IMG/VR virus record: IMGVR_UViG_2718218128_000001
Direction: 5' to 3' (one strand)
Source of the DNA: a virus
Lineage: Duplodnaviria > Heunggongvirae > Uroviricota > Caudoviricetes
Length of the DNA: 20,762 nucleotides
Shown here: in pieces, positions 14,207 through 20,762 of the stretch
Layout of the letters: each line of letters starts with the position of its first letter
Position numbering within the stretch: the stretch's first letter is position 1
The notes under the pieces: generated by a model
The model's input: the letters and a program-made list of their open reading frames with translations, nothing else
Told to the model about the DNA's origin: nothing
Databases searched by the model: none
Position numbers and translations under genes: made by a program

Positions 14207-16429
14207 TTACTCATGTATTGGTTTTGATTCTTCAGCCATCGCCGCAACACGATTAAGGATTTTCCGAGCTTTAGCCTCATGCGATGGTGCTGCGGAAAAT
14301 ATTTCTCCTTTGGCCGTTCCGCGTAGCCATTTACCATCAAAACAACTTTTACCACCGGCCATCAGGTGCAGGGCTTCGCCCCGGCTGATATTAATGCCGG
14401 TTGTCAGATGTATCTCATCGATAGTTTTAGCTATAGCTGCGTTTTGCTCATCCGTTCCGTGGATGAATTTTCGCCGTGCTGCTGGCTTTTGCTTCCTGAG
14501 TCGGTTGGTCAATTCTCGTCTTTCACGCCGACTCAGTGGTTTTGTTAAATCCAGTATCGGTGGATCGCTTTCGCTTCCCGTACAGTTATTGACAGAACTC
14601 CGAGGGACGGCTTTGCCGTCCTGAAGGTCAACGGCCAAATCAACAGCACGCTTCGGAACAATCTTCCACTGAGTGAGCCGGGTTAAAATCGGGCTTCCTG
14701 CACCTATGGAGGAATCGTAGACCCCCTTAATACATACCGTTTCCTCACCGTACTGATTAAGCTCGGTACGCGGTTCATACAGTGTGCGCACCTGTAAATC
14801 ATCGCGACGGACAAACGGCCCACCCTGAGCATTAACATAACCAGCCCAGTCACCAGCGTCGGCGGCATCATGGACGGCGGCAAACTCAACGCTCAGACCG
14901 TGCGCGGTTTCGGTATCAGCGAGGCGACGCAACTCACGGTAAACCGTCACCGGCGCACCACCAATAAACTGAAACTGACGGATGTGCCAGCGCGCAGCCC
15001 ATGCTGAAACGGCGGGGGCTGTCTCTTTCAGCAGCTCACCGCTTTCATCATCGGTTTCACCATCGAGAGCATAACCGTCGATATTTTTTGAAATGTATTT
15101 AGCAACATAGCCGGTTGCGCTGCCTTTCTCCGGGTCAATGGACTCCGCGTGGAAACGTGCTTTTTGGGATTTATCGCTTTTCAGTTCGTGGCGGTCTTCT
15201 TTCCATGCGTATTTACGGACGATGGAGCGAACATATTCAACATCTTCCGGCAGCATGAACATCAGCATGTGCCAGTGTGGAGTGCCGTCGTGATGGGGCT
15301 CGGCGACACGAATACCGAAAATACGGACATCTTCCCGATGTAGTTTGGCACGGATACGCGCCCAGATACCGGTTAGATAGTTTTGCGTGTCAGCCGGGCT
15401 GGCACCGCTCCATTTGCTGTTACGGTAACCGGCTTTAGTCGTGGCGTGATATTTTGACGGCGCGGTTAGAGTGTAAAACTCACCGACATAACCGAGCTCA
15501 TTACAGATGTTTTCAAACCCACGAATGCGGGTCATGAGCTCACAGCGGCGAATCGCAGGGTTAGCAACTGAGCCATCATATTTTTCAATTAGGCTGATAC
15601 GGTTGCCGTCTTCGTCTTCGAGATCCAGACCTTTGAGAAATTCACGAGTGCGGCGCTTTTGTTCACGCCAGTCAGTCACGCAGTTTTTACTCGCGTAAGT
15701 GTTTTTTTTCTTACTGACGTTGCCGACTGCAATTTGCAGGTGTTCGCGCCACGTAGCTGCTACACGGCGCAAACGACCGCGCCACCACCCATCGTTAAAC
15801 ATTTTGGCGATAGCCGGTGCGATTTCATCCGCACCGACATATTTTTTTTCAACCCGCTCCCAATGTGGTGGGATAACGTTGAATTGGAGGGAAATAAAGC
15901 CAGCACGAATATACCAGGTGTACAGCGTTTTAAGCTCGCCGAATCCGTGGTCATTAATGTTGGCAAGTTCACCACGAATGAAATTAGCAATATCAGCGGC
16001 CAACAGGTCAACATCAGCGCGCGACATGTCCGGGAGACGGTTATATCGGGCGACCATATTAACCATGCGTGACGACAGATATTGCATTTGCTGAGTATCA
16101 AAATGACTTCCAAAAACAGCGGTTGATACCTTGCTGTTGATACCAGCGCATTCGTATTTTTTTGCGACCAGTTCAAGACGCGGCAATGCCTTTTTGCAGA
16201 AGCTGATTAAAAATGCATTGGCTCGTTGACTACCCTGATTTTGTTCCAGCACCGCAGCAGTGCGATAAACATCTAACCGCACGCAGTCGGGCTGGAGAGA
16301 AAGCACCTTTTTTGCATGCAGCAAAGCCGCGAACATACGGTCGCGGCGATGCTGTTGCTCATAAGTAAGGTATGGGCTGGAGATTGCCGACCGTGGGACG
16401 TTCCACGGATAAGCGAATTGAACAGCCAA
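14207..16429 (-). CDS. A: Replication initiation protein A (rolling-circle HUH endonuclease)
   Basis: 740-aa ORF (P2 gpA about 761 aa) with an HUH motif (GTPHWHMLMF) and a Tyr-containing active-site-like region (GYVAKYISKNIDGY). The ORF as drawn starts at TTG, so the exact start is uncertain. Confidence 0.9.
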   Translation of the reverse strand: MAVQFAYPWNVPRSAISSPYLTYEQQHRRDRMFAALLHAKKVLSLQPDCVRLDVYRTAAVLEQNQGSQRANAFLISFCKKALPRLELVAKKYECAGINSKVSTAVFGSHFDTQQMQYLSSRMVNMVARYNRLPDMSRADVDLLAADIANFIRGELANINDHGFGELKTLYTWYIRAGFISLQFNVIPPHWERVEKKYVGADEIAPAIAKMFNDGWWRGRLRRVAATWREHLQIAVGNVSKKKNTYASKNCVTDWREQKRRTREFLKGLDLEDEDGNRISLIEKYDGSVANPAIRRCELMTRIRGFENICNELGYVGEFYTLTAPSKYHATTKAGYRNSKWSGASPADTQNYLTGIWARIRAKLHREDVRIFGIRVAEPHHDGTPHWHMLMFMLPEDVEYVRSIVRKYAWKEDRHELKSDKSQKARFHAESIDPEKGSATGYVAKYISKNIDGYALDGETDDESGELLKETAPAVSAWAARWHIRQFQFIGGAPVTVYRELRRLADTETAHGLSVEFAAVHDAADAGDWAGYVNAQGGPFVRRDDLQVRTLYEPRTELNQYGEETVCIKGVYDSSIGAGSPILTRLTQWKIVPKRAVDLAVDLQDGKAVPRSSVNNCTGSESDPPILDLTKPLSRRERRELTNRLRKQKPAARRKFIHGTDEQNAAIAKTIDEIHLTTGINISRGEALHLMAGGKSCFDGKWLRGTAKGEIFSAAPSHEAKARKILNRVAAMAEESKPIHE

Positions 16430-16430
16430 T

Positions 16431-16652
16431 TTATACCCCCCGATAGTGTTTGTTTTTTAGCTCTGCGATTTGCTGGCAGGTTACGCAAAAAGCCACGCCC
16501 GGAATCGCAATGCGGCGAGCTTCCGGGATTGGTGCGTCACATTCCTCGCAAAGAAAACGGGAAGGTGCAGCGATACGGGTGCGTGCGTTGCTGATGTGGC
16601 GTTCGCGGTCTTCCTGCTCGCGCAGTTGTGCTAAATCCATTGCGTCGGCCAT
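16431..16652 (-). CDS. TraR/DksA-family C4 zinc finger protein
   Basis: 73 aa with CEEC-x17-CVTC at the C-terminus. It sits immediately upstream of gene A, where P2-like phages carry a small zinc finger ORF. Confidence 0.7.
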   Translation of the reverse strand: MADAMDLAQLREQEDRERHISNARTRIAAPSRFLCEECDAPIPEARRIAIPGVAFCVTCQQIAELKNKHYRGV

Positions 16653-16879
16653 TAGTGCAGCTCCTGTGATTCATTCTCAAAGCGGGTTGCTTCACGGCGC
16701 AGCAGTTCGGCAGCTTCGGTGCCGCTCATTCCCTCTCTGGTAATATGGATAGCCAGCGCCTCAAGGCGGATGGAAACAGCGAGCGCGCGGTCTTTACGCT
16801 CTTCTTTTTTTGCATCGGTCAGCAATACGGCCAGCGCATCGCTATCAGTGTTAAAACTACGGATTTCGGTATTACGCAT
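16652..16879 (-). CDS. Hypothetical early-operon protein (75 aa)
   Basis: ATG start with a strong AGGAGAG Shine-Dalgarno sequence. Stop overlaps the next gene's start. Confidence 0.5.
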   Translation of the reverse strand: MRNTEIRSFNTDSDALAVLLTDAKKEERKDRALAVSIRLEALAIHITREGMSGTEAAELLRREATRFENESQELH

Positions 16880-16946
16880 AATTAACTCTCCTGATTTCGG
16901 GCAATAAGATGCCCGGCGGGTTTACGCCATTAAATTTCTGTTTGGA

Positions 16947-17285
16947 TTAATTCGGCATGGTTAGCCGTTTGGGAAATAAGCTCACTACTGCACGAAAATG
17001 ATTCATCGCTGTAATAAGCGCCTTTTTCTCGTCAGTAGTCAGCTCACTTAATTCGAGTTCATGACGAGCCGCCGGTATTTTTGCCAGAAAGAAAATAGCG
17101 GCCAGCGCCCGATTATTTTCTTCAAATTGTGGGGCACGTTTATCGCGCATATCATCGACAAAACGTTCAACCTCTTTCCAGCTATCGCCCCAATATCTCG
17201 CGCGCAATTCGGCAACATGATTGAGACCGGCCAGACGTTCACCCGCTTTTAGCGGAACAGTCGCGGAAACAGCTTCGATAGCCAT
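16947..17285 (-). CDS. Hypothetical early-operon protein (112 aa)
   Basis: ATG start with a G-rich Shine-Dalgarno-like sequence, co-directional with the early operon. Confidence 0.45.
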   Translation of the reverse strand: MAIEAVSATVPLKAGERLAGLNHVAELRARYWGDSWKEVERFVDDMRDKRAPQFEENNRALAAIFFLAKIPAARHELELSELTTDEKKALITAMNHFRAVVSLFPKRLTMPN

Positions 17286-17449
17286 GATCCCCCCCGCTTT
17301 TGAGTAGAGAGGCCAGCCAGTAAATCAGCCTGCGAGTGGCTCGGGTGCCAGCGCTTGCCGTCCTTACCTGCGATCCAGCCGTGGCCGTAGTGCATGCCGG
17401 GGCTTTGCTTAACGAGCAGAGATGCGAATGACGGTTCACTTTTCAGCAT
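17249..17449 (-). CDS. Hypothetical small protein (about 66 aa from the ATG at 17449)
   Basis: The ORF track starts at GTG (17455). The ATG two codons in has a GAGGTG Shine-Dalgarno sequence. It overlaps the next ORF by 37 nt. Confidence 0.35.
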   Translation of the reverse strand: MLKSEPSFASLLVKQSPGMHYGHGWIAGKDGKRWHPSHSQADLLAGLSTQKRGGSWLSKLFPRLFR

Positions 17450-17456
17450 ACGCACC

Positions 17457-17966
17457 TCAAATCAGACCAAACGATGCGCCAATACCGCTCATGGTATCGA
17501 CCACGCTCGACATAGCTGGATTAGTCTGCAGACGTGCATGCAGAGCCAGAGCCGACAATGACAACATGCGAATGCCGGAGTTAACGCTTTCAATCATGTT
17601 GTGCTTACGGGCAATGGTCAGACGTTCATCAGATACCGCGCCGCTCGCCAGTTCGCCGAGTTCACGCATTGCGCGCATGACATAAGACTGCAATTTGTCT
17701 TTAGCCAACTCATTAACCGGCACGCATGGTAGGCAGTGAATCTGCGCTAAAAAACCATCAATGAGGGTTGAGTCTTCGGTCAGGTCAGTCAGCAGCCACA
17801 ATTCAGACGGCGTGAACTGGTGAGGCTGTTCCGGGTTGAGCTTGTTACGTAACGTTTGAACGTTCATACCTGCACGCTTGGCCAGCTTCGCCATATTGTG
17901 ACGCTGTGCGAAAATGCGGCATGCTTCGTCATAGTGGGGATGTTTGGAAACCTGAAAATCAAACAT
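17457..17966 (-). CDS. cII: Phage regulatory protein CII (186-type)
   Basis: The ORF track starts at TTG (17996). The ATG at 17966 has an AGAGGGAA Shine-Dalgarno sequence and gives 169 aa beginning MFDFQVSKHPHYDEA, matching my recollection of 186 CII in both length and sequence. Confidence 0.75.
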   Translation of the reverse strand: MFDFQVSKHPHYDEACRIFAQRHNMAKLAKRAGMNVQTLRNKLNPEQPHQFTPSELWLLTDLTEDSTLIDGFLAQIHCLPCVPVNELAKDKLQSYVMRAMRELGELASGAVSDERLTIARKHNMIESVNSGIRMLSLSALALHARLQTNPAMSSVVDTMSGIGASFGLI

Positions 17967-17998
17967 GGTTAAATTCCCTCTAACTTGCATAATCAAAT

Positions 17999-18370
17999 TC
18001 AGTTAAGAGCGGTGCGCTGGTCGATGTAGCGACAATCAATCGCTTGTTGAGTCAGCTTATCGCGCCATGCTTTTACGTTTACGAGGGTTCGGCTTCGTTT
18101 AGCAGCTTCCTCTTTGTTGGAAAAGTCTTTGGTCGGAGCTTTGAGAAGGACTCCCTCATCGAGCCATTGCCAGACCAGACGCTCGCTAACACCGCGAGTA
18201 GCGGCGAAGTCTTTCACAGTCATCGTGTCTGACATAGCGGAGCGAATCATTGTCTGTAGAGCTGGCAGCATGGCGGTAACGATGGCATCAAACTGTGTTG
18301 GATCTAGCAGCACAGTTTGATTTTGTGAGTTTTGCGAGTCGTGCGTCGAGATTGATTTTGCATCTGACAT
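17999..18370 (-). CDS. Apl/Cox-like excisionase or early regulator (putative)
   Basis: First gene of the early operon, divergent from the repressor gene. Contains an HTH-like segment (MTVKDFAATRGVSERLVWQWLDEG). At 123 aa it is longer than 186 Apl or P2 Cox, so the start may be internal. Confidence 0.45.
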   Translation of the reverse strand: MSDAKSISTHDSQNSQNQTVLLDPTQFDAIVTAMLPALQTMIRSAMSDTMTVKDFAATRGVSERLVWQWLDEGVLLKAPTKDFSNKEEAAKRSRTLVNVKAWRDKLTQQAIDCRYIDQRTALN

Positions 18371-18491
18371 ATCGCATTATCTCCTGTTGTTTGAAATGTA
18401 GTGCAGTGGTGTGCATCTTGGTCGATGAATGCCACTATAGATCGTAAAAAGTTTTCTGTAAACACCCATAAAATTATCTGTAGGGGTTTTT
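18371..18491. promoter_or_regulatory. Lysis-lysogeny switch region (divergent promoters and operators)
   Basis: 121-bp intergenic region between the divergent Apl/Cox-like and CI-like genes. CTGTA-containing motifs recur (ttctgtaaac, atctgtaggg) and there is a TGCA-N7-TGCA element. Individual operators not resolved. Confidence 0.4.
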
Positions 18492-19352
18492 ATGAGTTCT
18501 GAGCTTGATGTTCAGTGGCGTGTTAGTGCAACGAACGGCGTATTGGAACGCTTAATGTCAGCCTATGGGGTCAAGATGCAAAAGGATTTGGCTGACCTGC
18601 TAGGTATCGCTAAACACAGCGTTAGCGGCTGGGTTCAGCGTGATGCAATACCTGGCAATGTCATAGTTAGGTGTTGTCTTGACACGGGAGCTGATATCAA
18701 TTGGCTTGTAAATGGAGAACTTGCAAATGCAAATCACGAGCGAGCCAGTTGCAAGTTAAAAGGCAAAGAGCTTTATGACGAGATTATGACGAATGGTGGT
18801 AAAACCGTTTTGCGTAGGATTCTTGATGCGTATGGCTTTACCATGCAAAAGGAGCTCGGTGATTTGCTCGGCATTTCCTCTGGCACAATTAGCACATGGG
18901 TAAGGCGAGATTTTTTCCCTGGTGATGTTGTTGTTACATGCGCTCTTGATACCGATACGTCACTGGAATGGTTAGCAACAGGCAAGGGGCAAATGCGAGC
19001 TAACAGGGAAGATGTCACATCTGGTTTTTCTATTAAAAAATCTCGTCTTGAATCTGGTGAGCTTAAGGATGCAGGAACGTGGCATCCTGACCCCTCAATG
19101 ATTCCTTCTAACTCAGGGGAATTGATTTTTGTTGACGGTGTAGCTGCCTCTTGGCTTGTCGACTGTTCTGCTTCGAATATAAGTAATGGTCGCTGGTTAA
19201 TTGATATCGACGGCGCTCTTGATGTTTTTGATGTAATTCGCTTGCCCGGTGGAAAAGTCAGGTTGTCAAATAAGTCTGCTGAGTTTGAATGCAACATTAC
19301 AGACATTACTCCTGCCGGGGCTGTAGTTTTCACATTGGAAAAACACGTGTAA
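18492..19352 (+). CDS. cI: CI-type immunity repressor with duplicated N-terminal HTH domain
   Basis: 286 aa, same strand as integrase and divergent from the early operon. Residues ~14-75 and ~105-166 are clear internal repeats (LERLMSAYGVKMQKDLADLLGI..SGWV.RD versus LRRILDAYGFTMQKELGDLLGI..STWVRRD). No GDSM-like serine motif was seen in the C-terminal domain. Confidence 0.7.
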   Translation: MSSELDVQWRVSATNGVLERLMSAYGVKMQKDLADLLGIAKHSVSGWVQRDAIPGNVIVRCCLDTGADINWLVNGELANANHERASCKLKGKELYDEIMTNGGKTVLRRILDAYGFTMQKELGDLLGISSGTISTWVRRDFFPGDVVVTCALDTDTSLEWLATGKGQMRANREDVTSGFSIKKSRLESGELKDAGTWHPDPSMIPSNSGELIFVDGVAASWLVDCSASNISNGRWLIDIDGALDVFDVIRLPGGKVRLSNKSAEFECNITDITPAGAVVFTLEKHV

Positions 19353-19360
19353 GGGACATT

Positions 19361-19699
19361 ATGAAATGTAAACTCTTTTTAGCTCTGCTTCTTACCCTTT
19401 CTTTTGGAGCCTCAGCCGCTGAAAAAACACAGGATTTAGATGGCGCTAAGTTTGGTGAGGATTGGCCGTTAACTTTTGAAAAAGCTACGGTGTCTTGTGT
19501 CAACGGTAAATATGCCTTTGTGTACGACAAAGCAACAGATGACCGATACCCATTAAATGGTTTTGCGATTGATGGAGTAAAGTCTGGAAAGCTTGAGGGG
19601 AGCAATATTGATACTGTTTGGAAAGATAGCCCGGAGTATGCAGGCGTAAAAATTCCTTTGGATCCTGTAATGGATGCTGCAACAGCACTTTGGGAATAA
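19361..19699 (+). CDS. Small secreted protein (signal peptide), possibly YebY/DUF2511-like; moron candidate
   Basis: ATG at 19361 gives MKCKLFLALLLTLSFGASA followed by AEK, a typical Sec signal peptide. The mature region has W..F...TVSC..G and YPLNG, resembling YebY-type periplasmic proteins from memory. Lies between the repressor and integrase genes. Confidence 0.5.
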   Translation: MKCKLFLALLLTLSFGASAAEKTQDLDGAKFGEDWPLTFEKATVSCVNGKYAFVYDKATDDRYPLNGFAIDGVKSGKLEGSNIDTVWKDSPEYAGVKIPLDPVMDAATALWE

Positions 19700-19721
19700 T
19701 TAGAGTTGCCTCGGTGACATT

Positions 19722-20762
19722 ATGACTGTAAGTAAGCAAAAAAATGGCAAATGGTTATGCGAGCTCTATCCAAATGGTCGAGAAGGGCGGCGTATACGTC
19801 GGCAATTCAATACCAAAGGTGAGGCCGAGGCATTCGAAGCATTTACGAAAAGTGAGAGTGAGGATAAGCCGTGGCTCGGCAAGAAAGAAGACCGCCGACG
19901 CTTAAGTGAGATTATCCAGCTTTGGCATAATTTACACGGACAGGCACTGGTCGCCAGTAAGTCGCGGTTAGCTAAACTTCAAATCGTGTGTAATGGACTT
20001 GGTGACCCTATTGCATCCCGCCTTACTGCTAAAGATTGGGCTCATTACCGTGACCGCCGACTTCGGGGGGAGATAGATAATGGCTATCATAAAGACCCGG
20101 CAAAATGGATTGCTAAACCGATAACTGTCAATCGTGAGCAACAATATCTTGAGGCTGTATTTAATGAGCTCAAAAGGCTAGGGGAGTGGAGCTTACCAAA
20201 TCCACTTGATGGAGTCCGTGTTTTCAAGGAAGCCGAGAAAGAAATGTCTTGGCTCACTTTGTCTCAAATTCCGAAATTGTTTCAGGCATGCGAGCAATAC
20301 GGAAAAGAAGACCTCACCATGATTGTTAAGATTTGTCTTGCAACAGGTGCTAGATGGGGTGAGGCTGAGAGGTTGACACGTCCCCAGCTCTCGCCACATA
20401 AACTGACCTTCACCAAAACGAAAGGGAAAAAGAATCGAACCGTTCCGATCCCAAAATGGTTGTATGACGAATTATCTGAAAGGCAGGGAAAGATGTTTAA
20501 GCCTTGCTATCAGGAGTTTAAAAAGATGCTCAAACTAACGGATATCGAACTGACGGAAGGGCAAAAGACACACGTTCTGCGTCATACCTTCGGCGCTCAT
20601 TTTATGATGAATGGCGGGAATATTCTTGTGCTGCAACGTATACTCGGTCATGCGAATATTCGTGAAACTATGAAGTATGCACATTTCTCCCCGGATCATC
20701 TTGAGGAGGCTGTAACATTTAATCCTTTAACATTATGTAATGGTTTTAAATGGAAAGATTAA
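19722..20762 (+). CDS. int: Tyrosine integrase (P2-type)
   Basis: 346 aa with tyrosine recombinase motifs: LATGARWGEA (Arg), HVLRHTFGAHF (His-x-x-Arg) and ETMKYAHF (catalytic Tyr). It reads toward the window end, where the att site would be. Confidence 0.9.
   Translation: MTVSKQKNGKWLCELYPNGREGRRIRRQFNTKGEAEAFEAFTKSESEDKPWLGKKEDRRRLSEIIQLWHNLHGQALVASKSRLAKLQIVCNGLGDPIASRLTAKDWAHYRDRRLRGEIDNGYHKDPAKWIAKPITVNREQQYLEAVFNELKRLGEWSLPNPLDGVRVFKEAEKEMSWLTLSQIPKLFQACEQYGKEDLTMIVKICLATGARWGEAERLTRPQLSPHKLTFTKTKGKKNRTVPIPKWLYDELSERQGKMFKPCYQEFKKMLKLTDIELTEGQKTHVLRHTFGAHFMMNGGNILVLQRILGHANIRETMKYAHFSPDHLEEAVTFNPLTLCNGFKWKD

Larger units (their letters stand above)
1..20762. mobile_element. P2/186-family temperate phage or prophage segment, nearly end to end (tail gene D at the left edge, integrase at the right edge)
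   Basis: Gene order and orientation match the circular P2/186 map read in reverse: D-U-T-E, L-M-N-O, P-Q, cos, A, cII/apl/cI, int. Protein lengths are close to P2 counterparts. A 186-type cos-like sequence and a LexA box are present. Confidence 0.9.

Noticed and set aside
16431-16652. Ogr/B-type late transcription activator
   Set aside because: The zinc finger is TraR/DksA-like with C-terminal CxxC-x17-CxxC, not the Ogr arrangement. The late activator is expected beyond the left edge of the window, next to gene D.
1-20762. CRISPR arrays, tRNA or rRNA genes, IS elements
   Set aside because: I saw no regularly spaced direct repeats, tRNA-like cloverleaf sequence, or transposase ORF with terminal inverted repeats anywhere in the window.

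Overview
The window reads as one contiguous segment of a P2/186-family temperate phage (or prophage), laid out in reverse orientation to the conventional P2 map. Protein calls are from reading the translations and from remembered family features; no database search was run. Left to right: tail genes D, U, T and E/E' (minus strand, with a TTTTTTG -1 frameshift site); head genes L, M, N, O (minus); terminase P and portal Q (plus); an AT-rich two-gene cargo cassette wedged between Q and a 19-nt cos-like site; a small accessory region with a perfect LexA box upstream of a DinI-like gene; replication gene A with a TraR-like zinc finger gene and small early ORFs; a 186-type switch (cII, Apl/Cox-like, CI-like repressor); a small secreted-protein gene; and a tyrosine integrase. 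The most interesting item is the cargo cassette at 10994..12540: a soluble protein translationally coupled to a 2-TM membrane protein, sitting in the variable A-to-Q region where P2-like phages carry anti-phage systems. I could not assign it to any family I know. The second notable point is that gene L abuts gene E directly, so the lysis cassette and the sheath, tube, baseplate and fibre genes appear to be missing. No rRNA, tRNA, CRISPR array or IS element was seen.
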